Source of the DNA: Phycisphaerales bacterium
GTDB taxonomy: Bacteria; Planctomycetota; Phycisphaerae; Phycisphaerales; SM1A02
Reading direction: 5' to 3'
Assembly: GCA_044351405.1 (NCBI GenBank)
Contig: JBILFU010000001.1
Location: 1-40,957 of the forward strand
DNA: 40,957 nt
The position numbers and the translations under genes were made by a program. Positions within the stretch are counted from its first letter, which is position 1. Each line of letters starts with the position of its first letter. Below the pieces are notes generated by a model. The model was not told where the DNA came from. It saw only the letters and a list, made by a program, of their open reading frames with translations, and made no database searches. Positions 6,938 through 18,447 of the stretch are shown here, one piece after another.

Positions 6938-9688
6938 ATGACCACGCGCCGCCGCCTGCTCCTCGTCGGCTGGGACTCTGCCGACTGGAAGATCATCCAC
7001 CCGCTGATGGACGCGGGCGCCATGCCTGGCGTCGCGCGGCTGGTGGAGCACGGCACCAGCGGCAACCTCACCACGCTGGAGCCGCAGCTCTCGCCCATGC
7101 TGTGGACCAGCATCGCCACGGGCAAGATGGCCTACCACCACCGGGTGCCGGGCTTCACCGAGGTCGACCCGGGGTCCGGCAAGGTGGTGCCGGTGTCGGC
7201 CGCCACGCGGCGGGCGCGCACGCTGTGGGAGATCCTCGGCGAGCGTGGGCTGCGCAGCCACGTGGTGTCCTGGTTTGCCACCCACGGCGAGCGCGACCTG
7301 GCCGGCTGCATGGTGTCGAACATGTATTGCCATGTGCGCGGCGCCAAGGCGGGCGAGGACCCGTCGCGGTGGCCGCCGTCGCCCCCGGGGACGTTCTGGC
7401 CCGAGTCGATCGGCCCCGCGCTCGATGCCGCGCGCATCAGCATCCACGACATCGACCCCGAGGAGGTGATGCGGCTCTTCGTGCCGCAGGGCCACGAGGT
7501 GGACCAGGAGAAGGACCGTCGCCTCGCGGTGCTCGGGCAGCACCTTGCCGAGAGCTTCTCGGTGCACGAGGCGGCGACCCACCTGATCGAGCACCAGCCC
7601 GACTGGGACTTCATGGCGGTCTACTACCGGGCGATCGACGAGGTCTGCCACTCGTTCATGCCGTACCACCCCCCGCGGATGGAGGGCATCCCGGAGCGGG
7701 ACTTCGAGCTCTACCAGCACGTGGTGCGCGGCATCTACCGCCTGCATGACCTGTTCCTGCAGCGGCTGCAGCAGCTGGCCGGGCCGGACACGGCCATCAT
7801 TCTGGTGTCCGACCACGGGTTTCACAGCGACCACCTGCGCCCGCGGTTCACGCCGCGCGTCCCCGCCGGCATCACCGTGTGGCACCGCCCGCAGGGCGTG
7901 TTCGCCGCGGCCGGGCCCGGGTTCCGCCGCGACTCGCTGGTGTACGGGGCACGCCTGCTCGACGTGGCGCCCACGGTGCTTCACTGGTTCGGGCTTCCGG
8001 TGGGCGAGGACATGGAGGGGCGCGTGCTCGAGGACGCGTTCGACCCGCGCCGGCCCGTGGAGACGGTGCCCTCGTGGGAACGGCCCGGGCTGCCGCCCCG
8101 CGAGCGGGTCTCGTTCGGCGACGACGCCGACCGCGCGCTGCTCGAGCAGTTCCAGGACCTGGGCTACATCGGCGAACTGCCCGACGATGCCGCGCGCGCC
8201 GCCGAGGAGACCAACCGCGAGAACGACTGGAACATGGCCCGCGCGTGCATGCACGGCGGCCGCTGCGAGGAGGCGCTGCCGCTGCTTGAGGCATGCTTCC
8301 ATGCGCTGCCGGCGCGCACCGACTACGCGCAGGTGCTGGCGTCGTGCCAGATGCAGCTTGGGCTCCTGGACGAGGCCGACCGCACCATCGCCGTGGCGGC
8401 CGAGACGTTCGGGCGGACGGAGCAGGCCGACCTGGTGCGCGCGTCGATCGCCATCCAGCGCGGCGACCCGGCGGCGGCGCTCGCGGCGCTGGAGCGGGTG
8501 CGCGCGCTCTCGCCCGACGAGGTGCAGCTGCAGGTCATGCTGGCGCAGGCGTACCTGGCGCTGGGGCGCTGGCGCGAGTGCGAGGAGGCGGCGCGCGCGG
8601 TGCTGGCACGCGACCCGCACAACCCGCGCGCGTTCCTGCTGCTGGCCCGCGCGGAGATGAGCGTCGGGCGGTCGGCCGAGGCCGCCGAGCACGCGCTCGA
8701 GGCGATCGGGCTCCAGTTCGGCAACCCGCTCGGGCACTTCGTGCTGGGGCGCGCGCTGGCGGCGCAGGCGCGGCACATCGATGCCGAGCGCGCCTTCGCC
8801 AACGCGGTGGCGCTCGACGCCGGCTTCGTGGACGCGCACCGGGCGCTCGCCGAGTGCCGGCGCATCACCGGAAGCATGCAGCTGGCAGCCATGGCCGCGG
8901 CCGATGCGGATCGCGCCGAGGCGTCCGCGCGTGCCCGTGCCGAGGCGCGCGTGGCGGAGATCCGCCGGGCGGCCGAGGCGCGGGCGGCGGCGCGCGCGGA
9001 GGCGGACCGGGCGCGTGCGGCGGCGCAGGCACCGGCCGCGGCGGCCGGGGGCGGGGCAGGGGCAGCGGATGCGCCGGCCGCGGGGGCCGAGCAGAGGGAG
9101 TTCCTGATCGTGTCCGGGCTGCCGCGCTCGGGAACCTCGCTCATGATGCAGATGCTGCGCGCGGGCGGCATCGCGCCCATGACCGACGAGCAGCGCGCGG
9201 CCGACGAGGACAACCCCGAGGGCTACTGGGAGTGGGAGGCGATCAAGGACCTGCCCAAGGATCCTTCCATCATCGAGCGCGCGCACGGCAAGGCGGTGAA
9301 GGTGATCTCGGCCTTGCTGCCGTCGCTGCCAGGCAACCACCGCTACGTGGTGATCTACATGGTGCGGCCGGCGGAGCAGGTGGTCGACTCGCAGTGGGCC
9401 ATGCTCGCGCGGCGCGGGCGGTCGCCGCGGTCGGAGCGCCAGCACCTGGTCGACGTGCAGCAGCGCCACAGCGAGCAGATCCGCCAGGTGCTGCGCAAGA
9501 GCCCGCGGGTGCGGCTGCTGGAGGTGTCCTACCCGGAGCTGGTGGCCGACCCGGCGACGGTGATCTCGCGGCTGGCGGAGCTGCTCCCGGGCGCGTTCAC
9601 GCCGGGCCCGGCGGTGGCCGCGTGCGTCAAGCCAGCGCTCTTCCGGAACCGCGGCGCGGCTTCCGGGCCGGCGCCGGACCGCCGCTGA
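6938..9688 (+). CDS. Tri-domain protein: type I phosphodiesterase/nucleotide pyrophosphatase (alkaline-phosphatase superfamily) + TPR repeats + sulfotransferase
   Basis: N-terminal domain (~6938-8100): LLLVGWDSADWKIIHPL..., LEPQLSPMLWTSIATG, ILVSDHGFHSD. These resemble the metal-ligand and nucleophile blocks of the AlkP-core family. TPR-like helices lie at ~8220-8865. An Ala/Arg-rich low-complexity linker lies at ~8880-9095. The C-terminal domain (~9098-9688) has EFLIVSGLPRSGTSLMMQML (PAPS 5'-phosphosulfate loop) and YMVRPAEQVVDS (3'-phosphate motif). Confidence 0.75.
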   Translation: MTTRRRLLLVGWDSADWKIIHPLMDAGAMPGVARLVEHGTSGNLTTLEPQLSPMLWTSIATGKMAYHHRVPGFTEVDPGSGKVVPVSAATRRARTLWEILGERGLRSHVVSWFATHGERDLAGCMVSNMYCHVRGAKAGEDPSRWPPSPPGTFWPESIGPALDAARISIHDIDPEEVMRLFVPQGHEVDQEKDRRLAVLGQHLAESFSVHEAATHLIEHQPDWDFMAVYYRAIDEVCHSFMPYHPPRMEGIPERDFELYQHVVRGIYRLHDLFLQRLQQLAGPDTAIILVSDHGFHSDHLRPRFTPRVPAGITVWHRPQGVFAAAGPGFRRDSLVYGARLLDVAPTVLHWFGLPVGEDMEGRVLEDAFDPRRPVETVPSWERPGLPPRERVSFGDDADRALLEQFQDLGYIGELPDDAARAAEETNRENDWNMARACMHGGRCEEALPLLEACFHALPARTDYAQVLASCQMQLGLLDEADRTIAVAAETFGRTEQADLVRASIAIQRGDPAAALAALERVRALSPDEVQLQVMLAQAYLALGRWRECEEAARAVLARDPHNPRAFLLLARAEMSVGRSAEAAEHALEAIGLQFGNPLGHFVLGRALAAQARHIDAERAFANAVALDAGFVDAHRALAECRRITGSMQLAAMAAADADRAEASARARAEARVAEIRRAAEARAAARAEADRARAAAQAPAAAAGGGAGAADAPAAGAEQREFLIVSGLPRSGTSLMMQMLRAGGIAPMTDEQRAADEDNPEGYWEWEAIKDLPKDPSIIERAHGKAVKVISALLPSLPGNHRYVVIYMVRPAEQVVDSQWAMLARRGRSPRSERQHLVDVQQRHSEQIRQVLRKSPRVRLLEVSYPELVADPATVISRLAELLPGAFTPGPAVAACVKPALFRNRGAASGPAPDRR

Positions 9689-12611
9689 CGGCTGCCCGCC
9701 CCAGGATCGGCTTCAGGTAGCGGCCGGTGTGCGAGGCCGGGTCGCGCGCGACGTCCTCGGGCGTGCCGCACGCCACCACGGTGCCGCCGCGCTCGCCGCC
9801 CTCGGGGCCGAGGTCGACGATCCAGTCGGCGCACTTGACGACGTCGAGGCTGTGCTCGATGACCACCAGCGTATGGCCCGCGTCCGCGAGCCGCTGCAGC
9901 ACGCCGAGCAGCTTCTCGACGTCGGCGAAGTGGAGTCCCGTGGTCGGCTCGTCCAGCACGTAGAGGGTCTGCGCGCTGGACATGTTGCCGAGCTCGGTGG
10001 CGAGCTTGATGCGCTGCGCCTCGCCGCCCGAGACCGTGGTGCTCGCCTGGCCGAGCTGCATGTAGCCGAGGCCCACGTCTCGGAGGCACTCGAGCATCCC
10101 GCGGACCCTCGGGTACGCGTCGAAGTGCGCGAGCGCGTCGTCGACGGTCATGTCGAGGACCTCGGCGATCGACCTCCCCTTGAAGCGGATCTCGAGCGTC
10201 TCGCGGTTGTAGCGCGCGCCCTTGCAGGTGTCGCAGGCCACGAAGACGTCGGGCAGGAAGTGCATCTCGATCTTCACCGTGCCCTGGCCCTGGCACGCCT
10301 CGCATCGGCCGCCCTTGACGTTGAAGCTGAAGCGGCCCGGCTCGTAGCCGCGGATCTTCGCCTCGGGGACCTTGGCAAAATGCTTGCGGATCTCGTCGAA
10401 GATCCCGGTGTAGGTCGCCGGGTTCGAGCGCGGGGTGCGGCCGATCGGGCTCTGGTCCACCTCGACCACGCGCTCGATGCCGGCGAGCCCGTTGACGCGG
10501 TCGTGCGCGCCGGGGACGCACTTGGTGCCGTGCACGTGCCGCTGCGCTGCCTTCAGCAGGATGTCGGTGACCAGCGTGCTCTTGCCGCTGCCGCTGACGC
10601 CCGTCACGCAGACGAGCCCTCCGAGCGGGAATGCGGCGTCGACCGACTTCAGGTTGTTCTCGCGCGCGCCCTTCACGACGATGGCGCGGTCCGCGCGGAG
10701 CGGGCGCCGCTCGGCCGGCACCGCGATCGCGCGGCGACCGGAGAGGTACGCGCCCGTCAGGCTCTCCGCGCACGCGGCGACCTCGTCCACGGATCCCTGC
10801 GCGACGATGCGCCCGCCGTGGCGGCCGGGACCGGGCCCGACGTCCACCAGGTGGTCGGCGGCGCGGATCACGTCCTCGTCGTGCTCGACGACGAGCACCG
10901 TGTTGCCGATGTCCGCCAGGCGCCGGAGCGTCGCGAGCAGCCGGTCGTTGTCGCGCTGGTGCAGGCCGATCGTCGGCTCGTCGAGGACGTACGCGACGCC
11001 GACGAGTCCGCTTCCCACCTGCGTCGCCAGCCGGATGCGCTGCGCCTCGCCGCCCGAGAGCGTGCCCGAGGCGCGGTCGAGCGTGAGGTAGCCCAGTCCG
11101 ACGCTCGCGAGGAACCCGAGGCGCGCGTCGATCTCCTTGAGGATCGGCGCGGCGATCGCGCGCTGCATCTCGCCGAGCGCGAGGCTCGCGAAGAATCCGA
11201 CGGCGCGCTCGATGCTCATGGCCGTGGCGTCGGCGATGCTCGCCTCGAGCGTGCCGCCGCGCACCCTCACCGCGAGCGCGGCGGGTCGCAGGCGCCTCCC
11301 GGCGCACGCGGGGCAGGGCGCGCTGCTCATGTAGGCGAGCAGGCGCTCCTTCACGAACTCGCTCTCGCTCTCCTCGAAGCGGCGCTTGAGGTTCGGCAGC
11401 ACGCCCTCGAACTTGCCGCCGAGCGCCTCGCGCTCCCGCTCCGGGATGCCGTTCATCAGGTAGCCCCGGACCTTCGCGGGCAGCTCGTCGAAGGGAGTCG
11501 ACGGCTTCAGCTTGAAGAACGCGCCGAAGTTGCGGATGGCGCGCGCGTAGTACATGTTCATCCGCGGGCCGTTGCGGCGCCACGGCTCGATCGCCTCGGA
11601 GTAGGGCGCCCCCGGGTCGGGGACCACGAGCGCCTCGTCGAACTCCTGCACGTGGCCGAGCCCGGCGCACGTCGGGCACGCGCCCTGCGGGCTGTTGAAG
11701 CTGAAGAGCCGCGGCTCGAGCTCCTCGAGCGCGCACTCCGGGTGGTCCGGGCAGCTGAAGCGCTCGCTGTAGCGGTGCTCGGCCCAGGTGCCGTCCTCGG
11801 ATTCCTGCAGCACCAGCAGGTTGCCTTCGCCCAGCTTCAGCGCGGTCTCCACGCTCTCGGCGATCCGCTGGCGGTCCTCGGCGCGGGCGACGACGCGGTC
11901 GACCACGGCCTCGATGTCGTGCGTCTCGTAGCGGCCGAGGCCGAGCGGGTTCTCGCCGCCGGCCTTGAGCGCGTCGCGCACGTCGATCACGTTGCCGTTC
12001 ACGCGTGCGCGGACGAGGCCCTGCTTGGCGAGCGCCTCGAGGACCTCCTTGTGGAAGCCCTTCTTCCGACGGACCACCGGGGCGCAGAGCATCATCCGCG
12101 CACCGTCCGTCGCGAGCAGCGCGTCGACGATCTGCGTCGGCGCGGTGGCGCGGATGGGCTTCCCGCAGGTGCGGCCCCTGTCGTCGACGTGCCAGCACGT
12201 GGGCGTGCCGCAGCGCGCCCAGAGGAGCCGCAGGTAGTCGTAGATCTCGGTGGTGGTGGCCACGGTCGAGCGCGGCGTGTGGCCGCCGCCGCGCTGCTCG
12301 ATGGCGATCGTCGGGGGCAGGCCCTCGATCGACTCGACGTCGGGCTTCTGCATCTGGTCGAGGAACTGCCGCGCGTAGGCGGACAGGCTCTCCATGTACT
12401 TGCGCTGGCCCTCGGCGAAGATGGTGTCGAACGCCAGCGAGCTCTTGCCGCTGCCGGAGACGCCGGTCATGACGACCAGGCAGTCGCGCGGTATCGAGAG
12501 GTCGACGGCCTTCAGGTTGTGCTCGCGCGCGCCGCGGATGCGGATCGATCGCGCGTCGGCGGGCGGGGAGCCGGCGGCCGGCGGGGAAACTGGTGCCTTC
12601 GGGCGCGGCAT
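9627..12611 (-). CDS. uvrA: Excinuclease ABC subunit A
   Basis: IRIRGAREHNLKAVDLSIPRDCLVVMTGVSGSGKSSLAFDTIFAEGQRKYMESLSAYARQFL; second ATPase module VCVTGVSGSGKSTLV; two signature/Walker B sets (LSGGEAQRIRLA..VLDEPTIGLH; VSGGEAQRIKLA..VLDEPTTGLH); Cys clusters CPDHPEC..CPTCAGLG and CEACQGQG..CDTCKG. The C-terminus ends HTGRYLKPIL plus a 24-aa tail. Confidence 0.95.
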   Translation of the reverse strand: MPRPKAPVSPPAAGSPPADARSIRIRGAREHNLKAVDLSIPRDCLVVMTGVSGSGKSSLAFDTIFAEGQRKYMESLSAYARQFLDQMQKPDVESIEGLPPTIAIEQRGGGHTPRSTVATTTEIYDYLRLLWARCGTPTCWHVDDRGRTCGKPIRATAPTQIVDALLATDGARMMLCAPVVRRKKGFHKEVLEALAKQGLVRARVNGNVIDVRDALKAGGENPLGLGRYETHDIEAVVDRVVARAEDRQRIAESVETALKLGEGNLLVLQESEDGTWAEHRYSERFSCPDHPECALEELEPRLFSFNSPQGACPTCAGLGHVQEFDEALVVPDPGAPYSEAIEPWRRNGPRMNMYYARAIRNFGAFFKLKPSTPFDELPAKVRGYLMNGIPEREREALGGKFEGVLPNLKRRFEESESEFVKERLLAYMSSAPCPACAGRRLRPAALAVRVRGGTLEASIADATAMSIERAVGFFASLALGEMQRAIAAPILKEIDARLGFLASVGLGYLTLDRASGTLSGGEAQRIRLATQVGSGLVGVAYVLDEPTIGLHQRDNDRLLATLRRLADIGNTVLVVEHDEDVIRAADHLVDVGPGPGRHGGRIVAQGSVDEVAACAESLTGAYLSGRRAIAVPAERRPLRADRAIVVKGARENNLKSVDAAFPLGGLVCVTGVSGSGKSTLVTDILLKAAQRHVHGTKCVPGAHDRVNGLAGIERVVEVDQSPIGRTPRSNPATYTGIFDEIRKHFAKVPEAKIRGYEPGRFSFNVKGGRCEACQGQGTVKIEMHFLPDVFVACDTCKGARYNRETLEIRFKGRSIAEVLDMTVDDALAHFDAYPRVRGMLECLRDVGLGYMQLGQASTTVSGGEAQRIKLATELGNMSSAQTLYVLDEPTTGLHFADVEKLLGVLQRLADAGHTLVVIEHSLDVVKCADWIVDLGPEGGERGGTVVACGTPEDVARDPASHTGRYLKPILGRAAVSGGPAPARKPRRGSGRALA

Positions 12612-12904
12612 CGACGGTCCGCAAATATAGGGGTGGCAGGGGCTTGCGGAGGGGTGCCGAGGCCGGCCGGGGGACGAAAGCGCGATTTCTGCGTCCGTGA
12701 GGGCCGTGCGGCCGAATCTTCCCGTGTGAAGCAGGCCGGAGCCAATGCGGGGATCACCCCCGACGCGCGCGCCGCGGCCCTCGGTCGCGTCGCCGGCGGC
12801 GTTCTCGCCGCGCCGCTCCGTCGGCGGTCCCGTGCCGCACGCGGCGAGCTCGCGATCGTCGAGCGTGCCGCGCGGCGGATGGTCCTCGGGCGCCGCGTGC
12901 GCTG

Positions 12905-12932
12905 AGCGGAAATTCGTCCCGGAGGAACGGGA

Positions 12933-12933
<1 letters not shown>
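12905..12933 (-). terminator. Weak hairpin immediately after the uvrB stop (GTCCCG-ttcctc-CGGGAC followed by GAATTTCC on the minus strand)
   Basis: Stem halves at 12916..12921 and 12928..12933. The U-tract is short, so function is uncertain. Confidence 0.25.
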
Positions 12934-15013
<2,080 letters not shown>

Positions 15014-15023
<10 letters not shown>

Positions 15024-15117
15024 CCGGGGTTGATTTTCCCATTTTCCGGGGGCATGCGGCACCCCCGACGCGGCCCCCGCGCCGGAAAATGGGAAAATCA
15101 ACCCCGGGTGACTTTCT
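15014..15117. repeat. 104-bp inverted repeat: 36-bp arms (15014..15049 and 15082..15117, 35/36 complementary) separated by a 32-bp GC-rich spacer
   Basis: Left arm: AGAAAATCACCCGGGGTTGATTTTCCCATTTTCCGG. Right arm: CCGGAAAATGGGAAAATCAACCCCGGGTGACTTTCT. Pairing was checked base by base; the only mismatch is 15019/15112. Each arm carries two GGAAAAT heptads and a CCCGGG-centred sub-palindrome. The left arm contains the uvrB GTG start and the right arm overlaps the permease TAG stop. Confidence 0.95.
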
Positions 15118-17692
15118 ACGCCACCAGCTCCCGCACGCTCCGGCGCATCAGCCGGCGCACCGCGGGCAGGGCGCTCGCGAGCGTCATCGCGCACAGCACC
15201 GCCCAGCCGACGGCGATCGGCAGGACGGGCGGCCGGAAGCCGATCTCCTGGCCGCCGAGCTGCTCGTGCCAAAGCACGCCCATCCGCGCCAGGTGCAGCC
15301 CGAGCAGCGTCCCCACCGCGGCGCCCGCGAGCGTCAGGAGCAGCACCTCGCCGAGGACCAGCCGTGCCAGGAGCCCCGGTGCCGCGCCGGTCGCGCGCAG
15401 CACGCCGTACTCGAACCGCCGCGCGCCGATGTTCGCCGCCACCACGTTCCCCACGCCGAAGCACGCGAGCCCGAGCGCCGCGAACGCGATCGCGCTCGTG
15501 ATCGCGAGGATCCGCTCGCCCACCGAGACGATCGCCTGCCGGATCGCGCGCCCGCTCGCGTACACCGCGCCCGGCACCGCGTCGGTCACGCGCTCGGCGA
15601 GCTGCGCGTCGAGCTCCGGCGGGCTGTCGTCCGCGACGTCCACCTGCAGGATGAACGCCTCGCGGCTGCCGAAGGTCTCCGCCACCTCCTCGAAGTCCAT
15701 GAACACGCAGCTCACCGCGTTCTCGGTGTAGACGCTGCGGATGCCGAAGTACTGGACCGCCACGTCGAGCCCCGCCGCGCCGACGACGCCGACGATCTCG
15801 TACTCCTTCTCGGTCCTCCCGCCGCCGAGCCGGATGCGGTCGCCGAGGTCCTTCCCGCGCGCCACGAGGAACTCCTTCGCGACGAGGATCCCGCTGCCGT
15901 CCTCCAGCCTCGGCAGCGCCGTCTCCGGCGCGCCCCTGATCCAGTCGAGGCGGTTGAGCCGCAGGAACTCCTCCGGCCGGAACCCGATGCACACCACGTT
16001 CGGGGTCGACACGCCGTCCACGCCGAACACCGTCTCGCCCACGACCTTGACGGGCAGGTAGCCGATCGGCACCGTGGACAGCACCCCGGGCAGGTCGCGG
16101 ATGCGCAGCTGCTCCGTCACGGCCATGCCGTTGGCCTTGAAGACGAAGCCGTCGGAGAAGCGCACGCGCTCGCTGATGTCGCTGACGACCGCGGTGCCGT
16201 TGGTCCACGTGCTCGTCAGGATCGAGACGCCGACCATCAGCGCGCCCGCCGTGAAGCCGAGTCGGTAGGGCGCCTGCCGCACCGCGCCCGAGAGCAGTCC
16301 GCGCGGGATCCGGAGCGCCCGCTCGAGCGGCCCCGCGAGCCCCCGCGCCGCGACCCACAGGGCCGGCACCGAGAGGAGGAACCAGCCCGCGTGCACGAGC
16401 GGGATGCCGAGGATCGCGTACGTCCAGAAGCGCGCCTGCGCGCCCGGCACCGCGAGGAGCGCCACCTGCACCGCCAGGCACGCAGCGCCGACGAGCCCGA
16501 GCCGCCACACCCACGCGAGCCGCGGCGGCCGCGACTGCGGCGCGAGCGCGGCGAGCGGGCTGGTGCGCGACGCCTGCCACGCCGGCCACAGCGACCCGCC
16601 GACCCCCGCGAGCACGCTGCCCGCGATCGCGAGCGCCACCCCAGTCCAGCTCATGAAGAAGCCGTCGGAGAGCCACTCGCGGAACCACCACCGCAGTCCC
16701 GCCGCGAGCGCCACGCCGAGCGGCGCGCCTGCCGCACCGGCCGCTCCGCAGAGCGCGGCGCCCGCCAGCACCTGGCTCATGAAGACCTGCCCGCGGCTCG
16801 CGCCCACGCACCGCGCGATGGCGAGCTCCTTCTGCTGCTCCGCGACCGCGGTCGTCATCCCGGTGCCGACGATGAACGCGCAGCTCATGAAGGCGATCGC
16901 GCTCACGAGCACGAAGCCGAGCCGCATCGCGTCCATCTGCTGGTCGAAGCCGGCCGTGTAGAGCTCGCTCGGCTCGAGGGAGAGCGGCTCCTCGAACGTG
17001 CCCGCGTGCTCCGCGACCCACGCGGGGACGTCGGTGCCGGCCTCGAGCGCCACCATCACCTGCGTCACCTGGTCGCTCCCCGAGGCCTCCACGAGCGTGC
17101 CGCGGTCGACCACCGCGTAGGGCCGCTGCAGCGCGCCGAGCGTCGCGCGGTCGATGATGCCGGTCACCGTGAGGTCGATCGGGTCGCCGAAGCGCTGCAC
17201 CTGCAGGCGGTCGCCGGTCCCCGCGGCGAGCGCCCTGGCCGTCAGCGGGTCGATCGCGATCTCCCCGGCGCGCTCCGGCAGCCGGCCCTCGCGCATCTCC
17301 TGCATCCGGAAGCGCGCGTCGCCCGCGGAGTCGAGCCCGCGCACCTGCGCGACCGTGCGTCGCGGCTTGCCGTCGTCGCCGGTGCCGCCGTCGGCGCGCA
17401 CGAGCGACAGCGAGCCGCCGAGGCTCGTCCCCACCGCCTCGACCGCGGGCAGCGCGCGCACTCGCTCCGCCTCGGCCGCGTCGAACGCCGCGCCGAAGCG
17501 GTTCACGAGCCGCGCGTCGGTGCCGCCGATCGACCGGCGCAGGCTCGCCTCGGCGTTGCCGCGCGCGCTCTCGAGGCCGCACGCCACAGCCGCCACGAGC
17601 GTGCTCGCGAGGACGACCGCCAGCGCCAGCAGCGCGGTCCTACCGCGCCTGGCCGCCAAGCCCTGACGCGCGAACCACCAGGTCGCTCGCAT
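15116..17692 (-). CDS. ABC transporter permease, MacB/FtsX family with duplicated FtsX domains (858 aa)
   Basis: Starts MRATWWFARQGLAARRGRTALLALAVVLAS. Two FtsX-type 4-TM modules are separated by extracytoplasmic regions. The C-terminal block RRFEYGVLRATGAAPGLLARLVLGEVLLLTLAGAAVG is typical of FtsX-like permeases. ATG at 17692 overlaps the upstream ATPase gene by 53 nt. Confidence 0.8.
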   Translation of the reverse strand: MRATWWFARQGLAARRGRTALLALAVVLASTLVAAVACGLESARGNAEASLRRSIGGTDARLVNRFGAAFDAAEAERVRALPAVEAVGTSLGGSLSLVRADGGTGDDGKPRRTVAQVRGLDSAGDARFRMQEMREGRLPERAGEIAIDPLTARALAAGTGDRLQVQRFGDPIDLTVTGIIDRATLGALQRPYAVVDRGTLVEASGSDQVTQVMVALEAGTDVPAWVAEHAGTFEEPLSLEPSELYTAGFDQQMDAMRLGFVLVSAIAFMSCAFIVGTGMTTAVAEQQKELAIARCVGASRGQVFMSQVLAGAALCGAAGAAGAPLGVALAAGLRWWFREWLSDGFFMSWTGVALAIAGSVLAGVGGSLWPAWQASRTSPLAALAPQSRPPRLAWVWRLGLVGAACLAVQVALLAVPGAQARFWTYAILGIPLVHAGWFLLSVPALWVAARGLAGPLERALRIPRGLLSGAVRQAPYRLGFTAGALMVGVSILTSTWTNGTAVVSDISERVRFSDGFVFKANGMAVTEQLRIRDLPGVLSTVPIGYLPVKVVGETVFGVDGVSTPNVVCIGFRPEEFLRLNRLDWIRGAPETALPRLEDGSGILVAKEFLVARGKDLGDRIRLGGGRTEKEYEIVGVVGAAGLDVAVQYFGIRSVYTENAVSCVFMDFEEVAETFGSREAFILQVDVADDSPPELDAQLAERVTDAVPGAVYASGRAIRQAIVSVGERILAITSAIAFAALGLACFGVGNVVAANIGARRFEYGVLRATGAAPGLLARLVLGEVLLLTLAGAAVGTLLGLHLARMGVLWHEQLGGQEIGFRPPVLPIAVGWAVLCAMTLASALPAVRRLMRRSVRELVA

Positions 17693-18446
17693 TCATTCCC
17701 TTCGTATCGAAGCCGCCCGCGACGACGCCGTCGCGGATCACGAACACGTGCCTGCAGTGCGCGGCCGCGGCCGGCTCGTGCGTCACCATCAGGACGACCA
17801 TGCGCCGCTCCCACGCGAGCTCGTCGAGCATCCGCCACATGCGCTCGCTGTTGGCGCTGTCGAGCGCGCCCGTCGGCTCGTCGGCGAAGAGCACCGGCGG
17901 CTCGAAGAGGAGGGCGCGCGCGATCGCGACGCGCTGCTGCTCGCCGCCCGACATCGCCTCGGGCCGGTGGGTCGCGCGGTCCGCGAGGCCGAGCGTGCCG
18001 AGCAGCTCCCTCGCCCGCGCCTCGAGCGCGCCGCGGTCTCCGCCGTCGAGGATGCCGGGCAGCATCACGTTCTCGAGCGCCGTCAGCGTGGGCAGCAGGT
18101 TGTACTGCTGGAAGACCACGCCGATCCGCTTGCGGCGGTGCAGCGTGAGCTCGTCCTCGGTCATCCGGTCGATGCGCGCGCCGCCGACCTCGATCTCGCC
18201 CTCGTCGGCGCGGTCGAGCCCCGCAAGCAGGTAGAGCAGGGTGCTCTTGCCGCTGCCGGACGCCCCCATGATGCCGTAGAAGCCGGGCTCGGCGATCTCG
18301 AGGTCCGCGCCGCGCAGCGCCGCCACGCCGCGATCGCCGGCGCGGTAGGTCTTGCGCACGCCGCGCGCACGCACGAAGGCCGTGCCCGCCGGGACGCCGC
18401 CGACCTCGGCCGCGCCGACCGCGTCGCTCGGCCCGCCGGTCGCCAC
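17640..18446 (-). CDS. ABC transporter ATP-binding protein (LolD/MacB-type)
   Basis: Walker A GASGSGKSTLL, Q-loop VFQQYNLLP, signature MSGGEQQRVAIARAL, Walker B VLFADEPTGALD, H-loop VTHE. The GTG start at 18446 lies 1 nt after the gcvH stop. Confidence 0.9.
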   Translation of the reverse strand: MATGGPSDAVGAAEVGGVPAGTAFVRARGVRKTYRAGDRGVAALRGADLEIAEPGFYGIMGASGSGKSTLLYLLAGLDRADEGEIEVGGARIDRMTEDELTLHRRKRIGVVFQQYNLLPTLTALENVMLPGILDGGDRGALEARARELLGTLGLADRATHRPEAMSGGEQQRVAIARALLFEPPVLFADEPTGALDSANSERMWRMLDELAWERRMVVLMVTHEPAAAAHCRHVFVIRDGVVAGGFDTKGMNASDLVVRASGLGGQAR

Positions 18447-18447
18447 C

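Noticed and set aside
6743-12905. 908-aa minus ORF (6743..9469), 1031-aa minus alternative frame (9529..12624) and 1058-aa plus ORF (9729..12905)
   Set aside because: They are shadow frames of the AlkP-TPR-sulfotransferase gene and of uvrA, with low-complexity Arg/Ala/Gly/Pro translations.
12726-12905. 59-codon plus-strand ORF (VKQAGANAGITPDARAAALGRV...) in the uvrA-uvrB spacer with G/C-rich third positions
   Set aside because: Ala/Arg/Gly-dominated composition with no motif and no ribosome-binding site. It is antisense to the flanking operon direction. I kept only the note that the spacer is long.
15024-17582. Upstream 850 codons of the 1549-aa minus-strand ORF that ends as UvrB
   Set aside because: This part is an out-of-frame reading of the FtsX permease gene that stays open across the inverted repeat. 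UvrB homology starts only at the GTG at 15023.
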